Shown here: one piece after another, positions 61,848 through 64,000 of the stretch | How the letters are laid out: the number at the start of each line of letters is the position of its first letter | How positions within the stretch are numbered: the stretch's first letter is position 1 | Assembly: GCA_963822445.1 (NCBI GenBank) | Contig: CAWGHO010000002.1 | Coordinates: forward strand, 32,001 to 96,000 | DNA: 64,000 nt | Reading direction: 5' to 3' | From: an uncultured Acidobacteriota bacterium | GTDB taxonomy: Bacteria; Acidobacteriota; Thermoanaerobaculia; Gp7-AA8 | The notes under the pieces: model-generated | The model's input: only the letters and a program-made list of their open reading frames with translations | The model's database searches: none | Told to the model about the DNA's origin: nothing | Made by a program: the position numbers and the translations under genes

Positions 61848-62865
61848 TGGAGTCGTCCTTTCGCTTCTTGAAATGTCTGAAATCGAAAAACGGATCGAAC
61901 AGTCCCGCCACGCCCAGCAGCAGCGGCCCCACGCCGGTGATCGTGAGAAACACCAGCAGCAGCCAGCCGAGCATCGTTCCGGCCACGCCCGCGCCCATGG
62001 CCACGAGCACGAACCGGAAGATCGCCAGTCCCTGCAGGATGTACAGGAACGCAACGAGGGCAAGCACGTTCGCCGCGAACTTCTGCACCATCCCCGTGGC
62101 CAGAGGCGTCAGTCCACCAATGACGAACGCGAACAGCAGCCAGTCGGGAAGTGCAAAGTTGCGGAAGAGATAGGCGCCCAGCGCCTCGGTGTCAGCACGC
62201 TTCGCCGCCAGCTCGCGCCAGGCCTTCAGCCGGCCGAGCATCAGCAGGCTGAGGATGAACACGAGCGACATGTTGATGAGGATGACCGCCGGCAGCACGA
62301 ACGTGCTGAAGCCGATCCATCGCTCGGCGAGCTGAATCATGTCCGTGGGCATGCCGCGTGAGCGGTAGATCTGCACGAATTCGCGTGAGGTCTGCTCCGC
62401 CTGCGCCACCTGCGCCGCGAACGGCGAGTAGTCGATGAGCGAGCGCGAGCCGACTTCCGTGAGCGCGAGTCCGATGGTGCTGAGCAGGAGCAGGAAGATC
62501 AGCACGCGGCCGAACTTCTCCCCACGCTCGACCATCGGCAGCGCGGCCATAGCCGGCAATGCGATCGCCATGACGACGGCGGCCAGGTACGTCCAGGCCA
62601 TCTTCGTCGCGTCGGGCGCAGCGGCCGGAATGGCCATCACGTACAGCGCGTCGAGGGCCACGGCGATGGTCAGCGCCAGCCAGGCGGCGCGGCGTCCATT
62701 GCGGATCGCGCAATGGAACAACGCCGCCGGCACGAACACCAGCATCGGCGTGACGAACATCAACGCCGTCAGCAGCGAATAGCCGATCACGCTGCGCACG
62801 ACGCGGCCAAACGGCCGGCCGGACAGCGCCATCGGTTCGCTCTGACTGAGGGACGATTCGATCAC
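61828..62865 (-). CDS. DUF2232/YybS-family membrane protein
   Basis: Polytopic, with Y.LQGLAI and GLFDPFFDFR, in the typical position between rpsR and rplI. Confidence 0.85.
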   Translation of the reverse strand: MIESSLSQSEPMALSGRPFGRVVRSVIGYSLLTALMFVTPMLVFVPAALFHCAIRNGRRAAWLALTIAVALDALYVMAIPAAAPDATKMAWTYLAAVVMAIALPAMAALPMVERGEKFGRVLIFLLLLSTIGLALTEVGSRSLIDYSPFAAQVAQAEQTSREFVQIYRSRGMPTDMIQLAERWIGFSTFVLPAVILINMSLVFILSLLMLGRLKAWRELAAKRADTEALGAYLFRNFALPDWLLFAFVIGGLTPLATGMVQKFAANVLALVAFLYILQGLAIFRFVLVAMGAGVAGTMLGWLLLVFLTITGVGPLLLGVAGLFDPFFDFRHFKKRKDDSNESHSD

Positions 62866-62872
62866 TGGAAAA

Positions 62873-63184
62873 CTAGTCCGCGGTGAACGGCAGCAGCGCC
62901 GCGATGCGCGCGCGCTTGATCGCGTTCTGCAGCTTGCGCTGGTGCAGCGCGCAAGTGCCGGAGATGCGGCGCGGAAGGATCTTCCCGCGCTCGGGGATGA
63001 ACTGCTGCAGGGTCTTCACGTCCTTGAAGTCGATGTACTCGATCTTCTCCACGCAGAACTTGCAGACCCGCTTGCGGCGATAGAAGAACTTCTTCTTGCC
63101 GCCCTGCTGGCCGCCCGGTCCGCCGCGGCGATCGTCGCCGCCGCCCGGTCCACCCGGTCCACGTCGTTGCATTGTCGTAGGCAT
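62873..63184 (-). CDS. rpsR: 30S ribosomal protein S18 (Zn-binding form)
   Basis: CKFC, IDFKD and [17 protein letters not shown]. Confidence 0.97.
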   Translation of the reverse strand: MPTTMQRRGPGGPGGGDDRRGGPGGQQGGKKKFFYRRKRVCKFCVEKIEYIDFKDVKTLQQFIPERGKILPRRISGTCALHQRKLQNAIKRARIAALLPFTAD

Positions 63185-63197
63185 TGGTCTCTCCTCC

Positions 63198-63632
63198 TTA
63201 AGCCTGCGGCGCGGCGTCGTCCGCGACGGTCATGTCGGCCGGCTCGGCAACTGCGGAAGCAGGGGCGACGGTCGTCATCGACGGAGCCGAGGGGCGCACG
63301 CGCTCTTTCTTCGGATTGCGCTTGGCGAGCTTGTCGGCGCGCTTGTGCTCGAGATCCGTCCGCACGATCACGTGACGCAGGACGCGGTCGACGTTCTTCA
63401 TGCGGCGATCGAGCTCCGAAAGAGAGCTGTCGCTCTCGAGCACGAACAGGTGGTAGATGCCTTCGTTGAACTTCTGGATGGGATATGCGAGACGGCGCCG
63501 ACCCCACGCTTCTTCGTTCGTGAACGTGGCACCGTTCTTCTCGGCGACGCTCTTGAAATCAGCGACGAGCGTCGTCGCTTCTTCCTCCGTTACTTGCGGA
63601 GAAAGGATGAACAGGACTTCATAAGTCCTCAT
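63198..63632 (-). CDS. rpsF: 30S ribosomal protein S6
   Basis: [19 protein letters not shown] and VLRH. Confidence 0.97.
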   Translation of the reverse strand: MRTYEVLFILSPQVTEEEATTLVADFKSVAEKNGATFTNEEAWGRRRLAYPIQKFNEGIYHLFVLESDSSLSELDRRMKNVDRVLRHVIVRTDLEHKRADKLAKRNPKKERVRPSAPSMTTVAPASAVAEPADMTVADDAAPQA

Positions 63633-63638
63633 CGAAAC

Positions 63639-63684
63639 CTCCTTCTGGCCTAGCGGAGCCCCGACACACTCGGAGCCCAAGGAG
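63639..63684 (-). promoter_or_regulatory. S6:S18 ribosomal leader
   Basis: CTCCTTGG pairs with CCAGAAGGAG (the RBS). Inner hairpin gctccga-gtgtg-tcggggc is followed by an unpaired CCG. Confidence 0.75.
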
Positions 63685-63814
63685 CTGGCAGATTGTTAAA
63701 GAATGTCCGGAAACCCCTCCGCCGGGAGTGGCTGAGGGCCGGCAAGTGTACGGAAAGGGCTGGGAGGGGGCAATTTATTTCGCAGGAGGCCGCCCGGCCC
63801 GGTGAGAATACGGC

Positions 63815-64000
63815 ATGGCCGACGTCACCTTCGACAACGTTGCGAAGCAGTACGGCGATGTATCCGTCATCCGGGACCTCAACCTGCACATCGATGACGG
63901 CGAGCTGATGGTGCTGGTCGGGCCGTCCGGCTGCGGAAAATCGACCGCGCTGCGGATGATCGCCGGGCTCGAAGAGGTGACCGCCGGAACGATCTCCATC
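63815..64000 (+). CDS. 5' part of a MalK/UgpC-type sugar ABC ATP-binding protein
   Basis: [14 protein letters not shown]...[21 protein letters not shown]. Confidence 0.9.
   Translation, partial: MADVTFDNVAKQYGDVSVIRDLNLHIDDGELMVLVGPSGCGKSTALRMIAGLEEVTAGTISI

Overview
A GC-rich bacterial chromosomal segment. Its gene content (Oar-like TonB-dependent receptor, VWA protein, Thr-type sulfatase-TPR, 'GANG' secreted proteins) suggests Acidobacteriota, possibly Thermoanaerobaculia; this is inference. Many single-base frameshifts, including in mfd, point to an imperfectly polished long-read assembly. The right third is mostly core genes: slt, mfd, two PpiC/SurA PPIases, cobB, radC, ilvE and rpsF-rpsR-DUF2232-rplI. 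The left two thirds are accessory. Main observations: (1) A hidden gene at 5731-6516 (-) that the ORF track splits in two. It reads through two in-frame UGAs as U-P-G-U, has a SECIS-like hairpin, encodes a YHS-like domain plus a predicted beta-barrel, and is translationally coupled to a YHS-TlpA redoxin, so it is a candidate UxxU selenoprotein system. (2) A complete IS110 element (12087-13627) with a CC core, a circle-junction promoter and a readable bridge RNA whose guides match its own donor junction and a REP-like palindrome target. (3) An island of about 7 kb bounded by tRNA-Gly(CCC) and a 14-bp repeat of the tRNA 3' end. It carries a divergent MqnA/MqnD-fold gene, a structured intergenic element and an SsuABC-like transporter coupled to a U32-family Fe-S protein. 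(4) Three attC-like sites with no integron integrase. (5) A kaiBC pair without kaiA, in which KaiC lacks the CII catalytic glutamates. All calls were made by eye; no database searches or folding programs were run.
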